A stretch of DNA of 64,000 nucleotides from the human T2T-CHM13v2.0 reference genome, Homo sapiens. The position numbers and the translations under genes were made by a program. The DNA lies in NCBI RefSeq assembly GCF_009914755.1, contig NC_060937.1. The stretch is one strand, 5' to 3'. The notes beneath the pieces are model-generated. The model searched no databases and had not been told where the DNA came from. It saw only the letters and a program-made list of their open reading frames with translations. Within the stretch, counting starts at the first letter, position 1. The number at the start of each line of letters is the position of its first letter. This document shows, one piece after another, positions 1 to 11,112 of the stretch.

Positions 1-503
1 GAGGATTTAGTCGTAAATTCTTTGTAAGGCCAATGTCCAAAATGCTATATTCCCTAGATTTTTCTTCTAAGATTTTTATACTCTGAAGTATTACATTTAG
101 ATCTTTACTCCACTTTGAGTTAATTTTTTTTAATATGGTACAATGTAGTTGTCTAGTTTCATTCTTCTGCATATAAATAACCAGTTATCCAGCACCATTC
201 ATTAAATAGGAAGTCCTTTCCTCATTGTTTATTTTTACTGACTTTGTCAAAAAGCAAATGGTTGTAGATGTACAGCTTTATTTCTGGGTTCTCTGTTCTG
301 TTTCATTGGTCTACGTGTCTGTTTTTGTACCAGTATAATGATGTTTGGTTATTGTAGCATACTTTGAAGTTGAGTATTGCGATGCCTCAATTTTTTTTTT
401 TTTTTTTTTTTTTTGCTTAGGATTGTGTTACACTCTTTTTTGGTTCCATATGAATTTTATAATAGTTTTTTTTCTAATTCTGTGTAAAATGATTTTGGTA
501 GGT
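1..503 (-). mobile_element. L1 ORF2 3' segment, inverted (5'-inverted part of an L1PA-old/L1PB insertion; runs off the left edge)
   Basis: Reverse complement of typical L1 ORF2 sequence (ccagcaccattcattaaatagg, ttctgtttcattggtctac, ttggttccatatgaatttt). Confidence 0.85.
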
Positions 504-850
504 GATATACTATAGAATAGTATGCAGCCATAAAAAATGAATCATATGCTTTGCAGCAACATGGATGCAGGAACAGAAAACCAAATACTACATTTTCTCA
601 CTTATAAGTAGGAGCTAAACATATGGACATAAAGATAGGAACAATAGAAACTAGGGACTAATAGACAGGGTTAAGAAGGTGAGGACAAGGGCTGAAAACG
701 ACCTGTTGGATACTATGCTTACCACCTGGGTGTTGGGATCATAAGTACCCCAAACTTCAGCATCAGGCAATATACCCATGTAACAAACCTGCACATATTC
801 ACCTTGAATCTGAAACAAAAGTGGAAATAATAAAAAGGAAGATAAATAAA
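504..850 (+). mobile_element. L1 3' end/3' UTR (L1PA13-16/L1PB-like) with A-rich tail
   Basis: tatgcagccataaaaaa...ttctcacttataagtaggagctaaac...cccatgtaacaaacctgcacat...aataataaaaagg. Confidence 0.85.
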
Positions 851-939
851 TTACAGTTTGGTAACAAGGTTTACAACTCATCGTCAAATTAACTTTTTAT
901 TAGATCACTTTGTATAGTTTATGCATTTCCAAAATTAGA

Positions 940-1295
940 CAAAATGAAACTTGTGGATGGAACATTCAGGAAATAGAGAAAATAATACCATCTGGTTTTC
1001 TCTTTGTAAGTACTTAAGTAAAGAAATTAACCTCTAATAATACAATATTTTTATTAGTTAAAAATAAAGGACATATGTATCTACACACACATATATGCTA
1101 TACATAAATACATATGAGAAAGACAAAAATTGAGAGATTAAGAGACAGAGAGAGTTTGAGATAGAGAGTTCAAAAAAAAAGCAAATGATATAAATTTACA
1201 AGAGTAAATAGAATAATCATGTGAAGGGTATTAGGAGTTCTTTGTTTTATCTTTTAACATTTCTGTAAGTTTAAAATTATTTCAAAATAAAGATC
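940..1295 (+). mobile_element. Old L1MC/L1ME 3' end fragment
   Basis: gtgaagggtattaggagttctttgttttatc...tttctgtaagtttaaaattatttcaaaataaa resembles old L1M 3' termini. Confidence 0.5.
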
Positions 1296-1404
1296 TAAAT
1301 ATTTTCAAAAAATAAAACAAATTTTTGAAAATCTAAAAATTTTCAAAAAATAAAACATAAACATAAAAACCAGAAATCTGTCTAATACAAATGTAACTTA
1401 GTGT

Positions 1405-1605
1405 TTGATGGGTACATAAGTATGTGCTTTTCACATATTAAAACATTTAATCTTAACAATATATGATAGACTCTACTGCTATCATTTTCATTTACAAAGA
1501 ACTTTAGAGATTTGCCTGAAGTATTACACCTAGTTAGAGATGAAAATAAGCGTTGAAAGTTGGCAATCTTAACTGTAAAGCCTTGTTTTTAACCATTCTG
1601 CATAT
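1405..1605 (-). mobile_element. MIR SINE
   Basis: catttaatcttaacaa...cattttcatttacaaaga...ttgcctgaagtattacacctagttag...taaagccttgtttttaaccatt. Confidence 0.6.
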
Positions 1606-1799
1606 GGTCCCTTCAACGTTCCACTATACTATATATTAATATTTATTAAATAATAAAAGTGCATAAAAGACAAAATGATGGTTGTAGGAAAATGAACATG
1701 AAAATGATTTATTTCTGTTACTATTTAATATCAAAACACTCCTCTTCAGTTCTTTCAAGTGTTTTAAAATACAATAAAACGTGATAACTTTTTCAAATA

Positions 1800-2691
<892 letters not shown>

Positions 2692-3049
2692 TTGATTAAG
2701 CTCTGTGCTCCCTGAAGACAGTGGGAGTCATCTGGGAGCACAGAGAGAAGACAGTCTGTGCCTTGAGATGACAGTAAAGAAGTCATAACAAAGGTTAGTT
2801 TTCCAATGTGCTCTCCTCTATCCTTTTGTGTTCTAGAGATGCAACTATCTACAAAGGACAACCTTATCCACGATATCCTGAAATAAGTGCTTTCTCCATC
2901 TTTCCCCAGATGATTTCTTTGTTTACCTGCCTCTACAAATCCCAGGTCACTTTTCTTGTATGAGACATTTCCTCATTAATAAATGTTCTCACTATTGCAT
3001 TAGCTTCAATAAAACCATCTTTTTAATGGGTGCAATTTTGTCTTTGACA
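2692..3049 (+). mobile_element. ERV1 (MER4-group, MER67-like) 5' LTR
   Basis: AATAAA near the 3' end, ends ...gtctttgaCA, immediately followed by a PBS. Confidence 0.75.
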
Positions 3050-3052
3050 GTT

Positions 3053-3070
3053 TGGTGCCATGACTTGGAC
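3053..3070 (+). other. Retroviral primer-binding site complementary to the tRNA-His 3' end
   Basis: TGGTGCCATGACTTGGAC vs TGGTGCCGTGACTCGGAT: 15/18, two mismatches are CpG transitions; 3 nt downstream of the LTR terminal CA. Confidence 0.85.
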
Positions 3071-4048
3071 AGAATTGGATCTAACCCTTAAAGCCCTATG
3101 TTCTCTATCTAGTTAGCAAGGCCTCTAAGTTTCCATTGTGCTCCAGATGAAGAACTCAGAGGACAGCTCCTGACCCTGTGTTCCAGACTCCTGTACAACA
3201 GCAACACTGGTCGACAATAGCACTCATTGACTTTGATACTTATGAGTTCTCAAAAAGACAGAAAGGATATGACAAGAAATAAAAAAAAAAATTATTTCTG
3301 GTGCCAGCTTATTTCAGTTTTATGGCTTGATCACTTGTTGATCTCTTTAAACAGATGGTTTATAAATAACTTGTCTTTTTGGGTGAAAGACAACACAGAT
3401 ATCTAGTTTTTGTTTGTTTGTTTGTTTGTTTGTTTTCTATTTGCCTATTGTGAGCTCAAGTCAATTAACAAGTTGTACTTAATGGGAAAAGAAAAGCCCC
3501 TTGATATAAACTATTGAGTTTTGAGTTTTGTATTTCTGTGTGTGTGCTTGGCCCATGGTAGATATTTATAATTGAAGCTGTTATCTCCTTATCTGTGTCT
3601 ATGTATGCTTGTGTTTTGAGGGTGTGTAATATTTTCCTATCTCTGGATGCTGTTACCAAATTTGACTACAAAATATTCTAAAATGGCTCTGTTCTGTTTG
3701 GCTTAGAGATAAATGCCAGTTACATAATTTGAATATATCTAAAATACTTTTAAATTTCCCACACAATAAAGAAATTGTCATGAGACACTGCTAGGAGTAA
3801 TACTGACAGCAGTCCAACTTTATGTGTGAAGTACATGGTATGCATTTTTTGTTAAGGAAAAATATAGTAGTTTTGTACCAAGTAAAAGGTATTGGTGGTT
3901 GCAAATGAGAAAGAGGAAAATTCAGGACAAAACCTACTTGTATAGAAAATTATAGAACTAATGGAAATGGAATTTTTGCCAAGGCCAAACTGGCTATGGA
4001 TTGATAGGTTTATTTATAAGATTCTCAAACAGATTTCAGTGTCAAATA

Positions 4049-4392
4049 TAGTTATGCCTTTCGTACATTTCGGTAAACAACATAACCACATATATGACAA
4101 TGATCTTATAATATTGTAATACTATACTTTTACTGTACCTTTTCTATGTGTAGATATGTTTAGTATACAAATACTTACAATTTTATTACAATGACTGATA
4201 GTATTCAGTACAGTAACATGTTGTACAGGTTTGTAGCCTAGAAACAATATGCTATACTATATAGCCTGGGTGTGTAGTGAGCTATATCATCTATGTTTAT
4301 GTAAATACACTCCATGAGGTTCAAACAATAACAAAATAAACTAAGGACACATTTCTCAGAATGTGTCCCCATCATTAAGTGATGCATGACTG
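4049..4392 (-). mobile_element. Tigger3a/MER7A non-autonomous TcMar DNA transposon
   Basis: Termini tagttatgc...gcatgactg, TA flanks (4047-48, 4393-94), internal gtacaggtttgtagcctag; similar to the element at 43014. Confidence 0.9.
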
Positions 4393-4521
4393 TATTGTGA
4401 TGATGCAAAGTTTAACTTTGGCTTTCTCTTTCTTAAAAGGACATTTTCTTGAATTATTGGTTTGCTTTTAATAGAAGATTGTGAAAGATTTTTCTTTACT
4501 TTCTGTGTAATCTGAATAGAT

Positions 4522-4715
4522 AACAGTGATTTTATGTTTTACCAGAACATCCTTCCATGGTTTATATTGATTGTATTATGTCCTTGACTATTTAAAAAAA
4601 AAAAACAAAGGTGTCTTACTTGGGAACAGAGATTTTATGTTTTACCAGAACAAACTTCCATGGTTTATGTTGATTGTAGTATGCTCTTGACTATAACAAA
4701 GGTGTCTGACTTAGG
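4522..4715. repeat. Tandem duplication of a ~90-100-bp unit
   Basis: aacag.gattttatgttttaccagaaca...cttccatggtttat.ttgattgta.tatg...ttgactat...aacaaaggtgtct.actt occurs twice (4522-4623, 4625-4715). Confidence 0.95.
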
Positions 4716-5277
4716 AGGTAGCTAAGGTGCTTTACAATCATATCACTTCCACTGTTTACTTTTAAAAGTATTTTATTTTCACTTTGGATTGAAAGCCAGC
4801 CAAGTATTTTTTCTTAAAATTTGTGATCCTATCTTAATTAAGTGTTCATATATTTTAACAACATTTGATATTTTGCCCTCTCAATATTGAATACTAGTTT
4901 TATCTTTTGGACCTAAAGTTGTCTTTAATATTTCCCAGCGAACCCTGGAAAATTACAAATAATGTGTTCTGTCACCTTGCAAAAAGTGCTAGAAATGATT
5001 AGGTTTATTTCATACATAATTTTGGATTCGTTTCATGAGAAGAGTTCTTAAATCAGAAGAGATACTGACCCTTCTGCAGGTTGAATTTGTATGGAAAACT
5101 ATTATTAATGTAAATATTTGAGAAGTTTTATGGCATTTGGGAAGTTCCTAAAAAAATCAGCAATGCCCTCACAGTTCAAATTTTTATATTTATCAGCCTT
5201 GGCACTACATTGACTGATATTAGACAAAAACTGTACATATTATTAGTCATAATTTCAGAGATTTTGTATGTTAACTT

Positions 5278-5770
5278 TGTTAAAGTGTGCCCCCGGCTGA
5301 CAAACAAAATGGACTCCTCCTGGCTCACTGAGGTGTTTAAAATTGAAACAGAATCAAGTAGCCATGGCTGGTGAGGGAGTAGTCACTACACTTTGTTCTT
5401 GGAAAGAAACTGTAAAAGTGTAATGGGACCTCTTTTTCTACAATCAAGCCAAACTAGTTTTTGTTGTCAGTGCTGAGATAAACTGCAGGTGAAAATTCCC
5501 CAACTGACCACCAACAGACCACCTAGAACCAGCCAATCAAAGAGACTGGTGATTTTGAGCTTAAAGGTCACCTGAAGAAGGCTCTGTTCCTCAATCCCTA
5601 ACTCTGTTGCCTGTCCTGTGGATTTTGCCTTTATAGTCTTTAAATCTCCAATCCCCAATCAAGGGAAATTTCCTTTTACACTGAGGCTGCATCTCCTGAA
5701 TTGTCAGATTTTTTTATAGAAAATATAGCTCTTCTTTTTATCTCCATAGATCTCATGATCTTTTGTAACA
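5278..5770 (+). mobile_element. ERV1 solo LTR (MER4-group, MER67A/B-like)
   Basis: TGTTA...TAACA inverted termini, ~490 bp, caaaatggactcc motif, CCAAT box. Confidence 0.75.
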
Positions 5771-5914
5771 CTAAGACCCACTTTATTTTTTACATTTGAA
5801 TCTAACACCTAAGTAAGTGATTTTTATTTGTGGATTCACATCACTTGTTGATGGAGTTTATTAATACAGATATTTTGTACCTACTCCAAACTAAGTATCT
5901 TTACTTAGTATTCC

Positions 5915-6030
5915 TTTTTAACTGCTATTTTTATTTTATTGTAGTAAGAACACGACATAAGATCAATCTTCTTAAGAGATTTTTAAGTGTACTATATAAT
6001 ATTGTTAACTGTAGGTATAACGTTATATCC
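5915..6030 (-). mobile_element. Short L1MA/MB 3' terminal fragment
   Basis: ttttattgtagtaagaacac...ttttaagtgtac...attgttaactgtaggta. Confidence 0.55.
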
Positions 6031-7576
6031 TTGGTATATTCTGAATTTGTTCTTGGTATTATATCCATGGTTAATTAGGTCTCAGGATTATGGATTTTAT
6101 CTGAATATTCTTTTGGTAAAGATTGTGTGCCTCTAGTTTTAGATAATAGATATAATATCCACTAATCTTTGAAAATAGTGTTATTATATTAACAGAATTT
6201 TTGATTGACTTTTATTTTGTTTTGTATGTGACCAAAAGAACAAAATTTTTGGTCAGTTATACTACACTTGTTATGAATTCTCATCAATCTTTCACTTTTG
6301 AAATTTTTCTATAGTAAGTTAATCACAGCTACTTTATGTCTTTTGTCATGTACAAAGAGCTTTTGATTTTACTTTGATGTATTCCTGAAAGCACTTACAA
6401 AGTACTTCCTCTTCAACAAAGGACTGTCTCAGATTCCCATGGAAAAAGCTGTGTCAGGTAACCTCTGGATAGAGATATTGAATGGCAGTATTTAAACAAC
6501 TTAGATACCATATGAGTGGACTGAGTCAGAATTTCCAAACTTTAGCCAAGAAACAGATGAGTTTATGAGACTGCTAACCCAGAATGGAGCAGGGCAAAAA
6601 TTAATTACATAGGACATAAACAAATGAAGGAAGATCATTTTTGCTTGGATATTGTCAATGTTCTAATGTTGTATTTTCAGAGTATAAAACTTTGTCTTTT
6701 CTCCTAAATTATTAAAACTCATAGTAATCTGGTAGCTTAAACTTTTGGAAATAAAAGCAAAATATTTCAAAATGATGTATTTTTCTCCCTGCTTAACAAC
6801 TCCACAATTCAGATACTCTGATCAAATTTTGTTATTCCCATGATAATTACCATATTTTCACATGGGATCAACAAGAATCCATCCTCCTTGTTAATAGACA
6901 TGGCTCTAAGTGGTAACACACTTGCCCATAAAGTAGGAATGTGCAATTCTGGTGAATATTCTCAAGTGTCCTTATATTTGTGCATTAACTTTTCACATAC
7001 TTTATTTCTTTATGTCTCTGTAAGTAATTTCTTGGATGGAAAAAAAAGACACTATACATGACTGATTAGCAATATTATTTACCAACGAACCCACAGACAG
7101 ATGAGAGAATCAAAAACCTGTGCAAGAAAATAGATTCTTTCCATTTTTCTAAAGGAGAGCTGAAGTACAAAATCTCAGGAATACTTTCCCTATTAGAATG
7201 TGATGCCCTGAAGTCATGATTACATAAATAGTAAACTCAGGTGGGAAAGCTATACTGTGGTAAACATATGGTGAATATGGTAGCAAAGAGTATAGACAAC
7301 TGAGTAGGAGTTGAATGTGAGGACACTAGCAGGAGGAATTTATATCTTCTCCATTGTGTCTTTAGCCTTCTTAGTCTGAAGCTTAGTTTAGGACATGCAT
7401 GATATATCATCATGTTTACTAAAATAAATCCAAACATTGAACTCAATGAAATCTGAAGTTATTTAAATTATTGTATGAACTAACAATTCCAGTTTGCTTA
7501 ACCTTGAAGCCTCATTAATGCTACATTAATTATAGTAAATAAAATTTTAACATTATTACAAATAATAATATATTAG

Positions 7577-9136
7577 TGTCACGTGATACTTAGGGTGTTG
7601 CTTCACCAGCCAGAAACCTCTGGGGCTGGTGGTGCCTCCTGCCTCAGTATTGCTCATGCCCACTGGGCTCATTCCTCCCACTCAGCCCATCAGTCTGCAC
7701 TCGGCTCACACTACTGACCCAGATCCCATGTCTACCAAGGGCAAACCAGGCATGGAGTTGTGAGAGGTGTGTGAGCAAGCAAGTACGAGGTCCAGTCACT
7801 GCACATAGCCAGGCATGCAAGCTGCTGTGGCACGGCAGTCAGCTCCAGGAACTGGCACCAGTACCAGCTCTGTGCGAGGCTGCAGCCAGACCAGACATAC
7901 CACAGGCAGCTTCTGCTGTGGGCACCAGTGTCTGGACAAGGGGATCACCATGGCTCCTGAACACTCAGAGATGCTAAAAACTTCAGAGCCCCAAGGAGGG
8001 TGTTACAGCCCTACTTCATGGAGCCCCTAGGTCTGGGATCCCTGAAGGGCTGTGACCCTTCTCTCCTCATCATCCACAATGTGGGAAGGCAGGGATGTGT
8101 TTCAGCCCTGTTTGTGTTATATCTCTTTCAGTTCTGCTATTTGGTGGGTTGAGAGTTCTTGTCCAGTGTCCAGGAAGAATGAGGTACAGAGAAAACTGGA
8201 GGGTGAGCAAAGCAGATAGGAGCTTCACTGAGCAACAGAACAGCTCTCAGGAGACCTGAAGTGAGTAGCTCCTTTCCAAAGGCAGGTCATCCCTACAAGT
8301 ATCCAACTGTCAGAGGGTAGGAGACCCATAGTGGATAGCTCCTTTCCAAAGGCAGGTCATCGCAACGAGTTCACGAGATCCAAAGTGGGCAGCTCCTTAC
8401 CACAGCTGGTAGTCCCCATGTCTGTCTGAGTCTGGGGTTTTTATGGGCTGAGAAAGGAGAAAGTGCATGCTGATTGATCCACGGACAGCCATGGATGGGC
8501 CTCCAAAAAGCACCATCTGATTAGTGGAATTGTCATCAATGAAGTTCTCACTCTGGGCCACAGACTTTGTCTAGAGCAGGCAACCTGGCCCCCAGGCTTC
8601 AAGCATTCCTTGACCTGAAGGTGGGCAGGGACCTGCCCCTTTCCACCCAGAAATGTCTGCCTCCCACCAGCAACATGCCTCCACAACACCCAGGCTGTTT
8701 GTACCCACAGGAGCCTGTAGGTCCATGCTTAGCTGCCCTCAGTCACTTGGCCTCTCTCCCATGCTCATCAGTGCCCAAAGTCTGGAGGGCTCCAAGGTGG
8801 CAGGGAGGCGTTACTGTGCTCAGGCTTGGCCACAACTTTGCTCCAAAATTGGAGTGAGCACTGGGAGCAGGGAGAGGCCAGGCAGCAGAAGCAGTCACTT
8901 CCAAGCCTGCAGGGGCAGGAGGGGCCTTCCTGGGCACCCCAGAGCACAGGGATGCTCAGGTCCAGAGCCGCATCTAAGACTACAGGGCTCCTACCCCACC
9001 AACTTGGTAAGAGGCAGGGCTCCTGCCTTTTCCTGTCTCCTGCTGGCCCTGCAGAGCACACAATCCTGACCATGCCTTCCCTACTGCAGCCAGCGTCTTC
9101 ACAGCCACTGCTCCAGATGGGTCGCCACTGCCATTA
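7577..9136 (-). mobile_element. MER52 (ERV1) long solo LTR
   Basis: GC-rich 1.56 kb; starts tgtcac...gggtgttgcttcaccagc, ends ctccagatggg...ctgccatta; flanks ttag/ttaa; internal gtagctcctttcc repeats. Confidence 0.9.
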
Positions 9137-9759
9137 TTAAGGTGACAACTTTTTGTATTGCACTTAAAAGAGTTTACTGTCTTCAACATTATTTTGACTG
9201 TTTCTTGTAGAAAATGGAGTTAAGGTAATATAGTACGTGAGTTTCTTACAATTACTTTATGTTTTGACAGCTATTGTAAATTGTTTATAATATTAATGTT
9301 ACAGAAACTGTTTAAATACTATCAACAATCTGTCAAGTGTTTGAAGTTAGAGATTATGCAATTAAAATAGATGTTATGTCATGTCTAAAATAAAGGCTAA
9401 TATATTTGCAAAAAATGCTTGACTTGTGATCTGTTGTCTAAGTCTCCAAACATGACTTTCAAATTGGCTAGCTATGCATTTACTTTGAATTTAGTAAAGC
9501 TTAAGATTCAGGCCTGATCTTTTGCAAGAATACTTCCTAAGGCCCTAGAATGGTTCCTAGAATTGTTTTCACATGGTCATATATTTTTGTAATATGTGAC
9601 AATTCAAATTAATTTTGTAGTCTTAAGCAATCAGGGTTCTAAATAACTCTAGGATTTAGACCACATAAAGCTGGTTTAACCAGAATTTGGCTGCTTATTT
9701 TGTGTTCTTTATAATGTGAACAACATTGTATGAGAAGAAACAGAAATTGGTTGTCAAGG

Positions 9760-10078
9760 GGTCATTAGGAAACTCGCAGAACATTGGGCAAATGTTCATA
9801 TGGAAACAAGGGTAGGGAGAAGAATTTGAGGTAGGCTGAAGCTGCTCTAATAACCCAAACCATGGTATAATATCTGTCTTCCAAGAACTGTTGCCAATAG
9901 TTCTGACAAGGGACTAGAGAGATTATGAATCTGCCAGCATCACCTCCATTTGCATGTTGCTGCACTGCCACTCTGGCTTACCTCAAGAATGGATTCTCCA
10001 TAGACCTCCTCCTTGCTCTATAAATTTCTGGTTCCTGAATCCAAAGTCAAGGGTAAATTCATCTAATTGGCAAGAACA
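9760..10078. mobile_element. Probable old MaLR (MLT1) LTR fragment
   Basis: aagaatggattctcc...aatccaaagtcaagggt...catctaattggc resembles MLT1K/N-type sequence. Confidence 0.35.
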
Positions 10079-10089
10079 GAGAAATAATA

Positions 10090-10612
10090 AACACTCTTCA
10101 GGACTAAAAATGTAGAAATAAGCTTAGACTGCAGAAAAAGAAAAGCTTTGCCATTTATCAGAATAGAAGACATAGATATAGATAGATAAAAGCAGCTTCA
10201 AATTGAACAGCAAACTTCGTTTTTGCAAAGGTTGTGCAGCAGCTATAAAATACCATAAGGACACCCTTTTTATGGATTACTGCTTTCTTACCATAATATC
10301 CCAAGATCTATTTTGCTATTCCCATTGATTCCTGGGGATACTTAATTGCTAAGTCACCAGCCCCTGGTCAATCCTTGCTGCTCTCTGTCCTCTCTGAGAA
10401 AAAGCAACAAATACAGAACTCATCCTTGCTTCTTTCATGCCCTCCTTGGAATCCTTCAATAATAATCCAAACCTTGTGAAAGCTCCTTACTTTCTCTTTT
10501 TTGAAGGGCATTTCTCATTCCTCTAATTACTCTTCCTCTCTGTGAGTCAATAAAGCTGATTTTGCAGGAATACCAGTTTGTCCTGGTAGTCTTCAGCTGA
10601 CTAGGCTTTAAC
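10090..10612 (+). mobile_element. Probable old ERV1-class LTR (family not identified)
   Basis: LTR-like 3' end: gtgagtcAATAAAgctgattttg...gtcctggtagtcttcagctgactaggctttaac. Confidence 0.5.
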
Positions 10613-10752
10613 GTCTTATCAGTCAATGTTTTACCAGAGAGGAGTGGAAAAGTGATTTTCTGGTGTTACTGTTTCAATTTTTGATTATGGATTCTACTAT
10701 CTATAAATATCCATAGATGCTGAATACCACCAAAGAAAGTATTACAAGAACA

Positions 10753-11112
10753 TGTTAAACGAAAAACATCAGCCAAAATAAATTTAAAAGAGTTTAACTG
10801 AGCAAAGAACAATTCACAAATAAGGCAGCCTCTTGAGCCAGAGTAGTCTTAGAGACTTTCGTGCAGTGGAAGAAGATTTATGGACAGAAAAAGGAAAGTG
10901 AAATGCAGAAAATGGAAGTGAGGTACAGAAACAGCCAGATTGGTTACAGCTCAGTGTTTACCAAATTTGCCTTATTTGAACAGTTGGCCACCTTTGGCTA
11001 AAACTTGGTGATTGGCAGAAGAGTAAGCTATAGTCTGTTTACAATTTCATTTAGGTTATAGTTTATGATTTACAAAGAAACCTTTAGATTGAATTTAAAA
11101 TATGTAAGGAGG
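10753..11112 (-). mobile_element. MER57(B-like) ERV1 LTR, main part
   Basis: tgttaaa...gaagatttatggacagaaaaaggaaagtga...cagccagattggttacagctc...aaaatatgtaaggagg. Confidence 0.9.

Larger units (their letters stand above)
3050..6925 (+). mobile_element. Non-coding ERV1 internal sequence (MER31-int/MER4-int-like) with nested insertions; no matching 3' LTR found
   Basis: Follows LTR+PBS; AT-rich MER4-group-like motifs (gagactgctaacccag, gcagggcaaaaattaattacatagg); right boundary approximate. Confidence 0.6.

Noticed and set aside
1295-1360. Short duplicated AT-rich unit (tctaaa...ttttcaaaaaataaaaca) with partial palindromy
   Set aside because: Low-complexity slippage at an L1 tail; no evidence of function
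3053-3070. tRNA-like sequence as a tRNA gene
   Set aside because: Only 18 nt complementary to a tRNA 3' end next to an LTR, so it is a PBS and not a gene
8250-8410. Spaced direct repeats (gtagctcctttccaaaggcaggtcatc), superficially CRISPR-like
   Set aside because: Only 2-3 degenerate units inside an LTR, in primate DNA with no cas genes; I recall these as an internal feature of MER52
7771-9189. Cluster of overlapping ORFs (64-138 aa) on both strands in a GC-rich block
   Set aside because: They lie essentially within the MER52 LTR; high GC lowers stop frequency and no protein motif is recognisable
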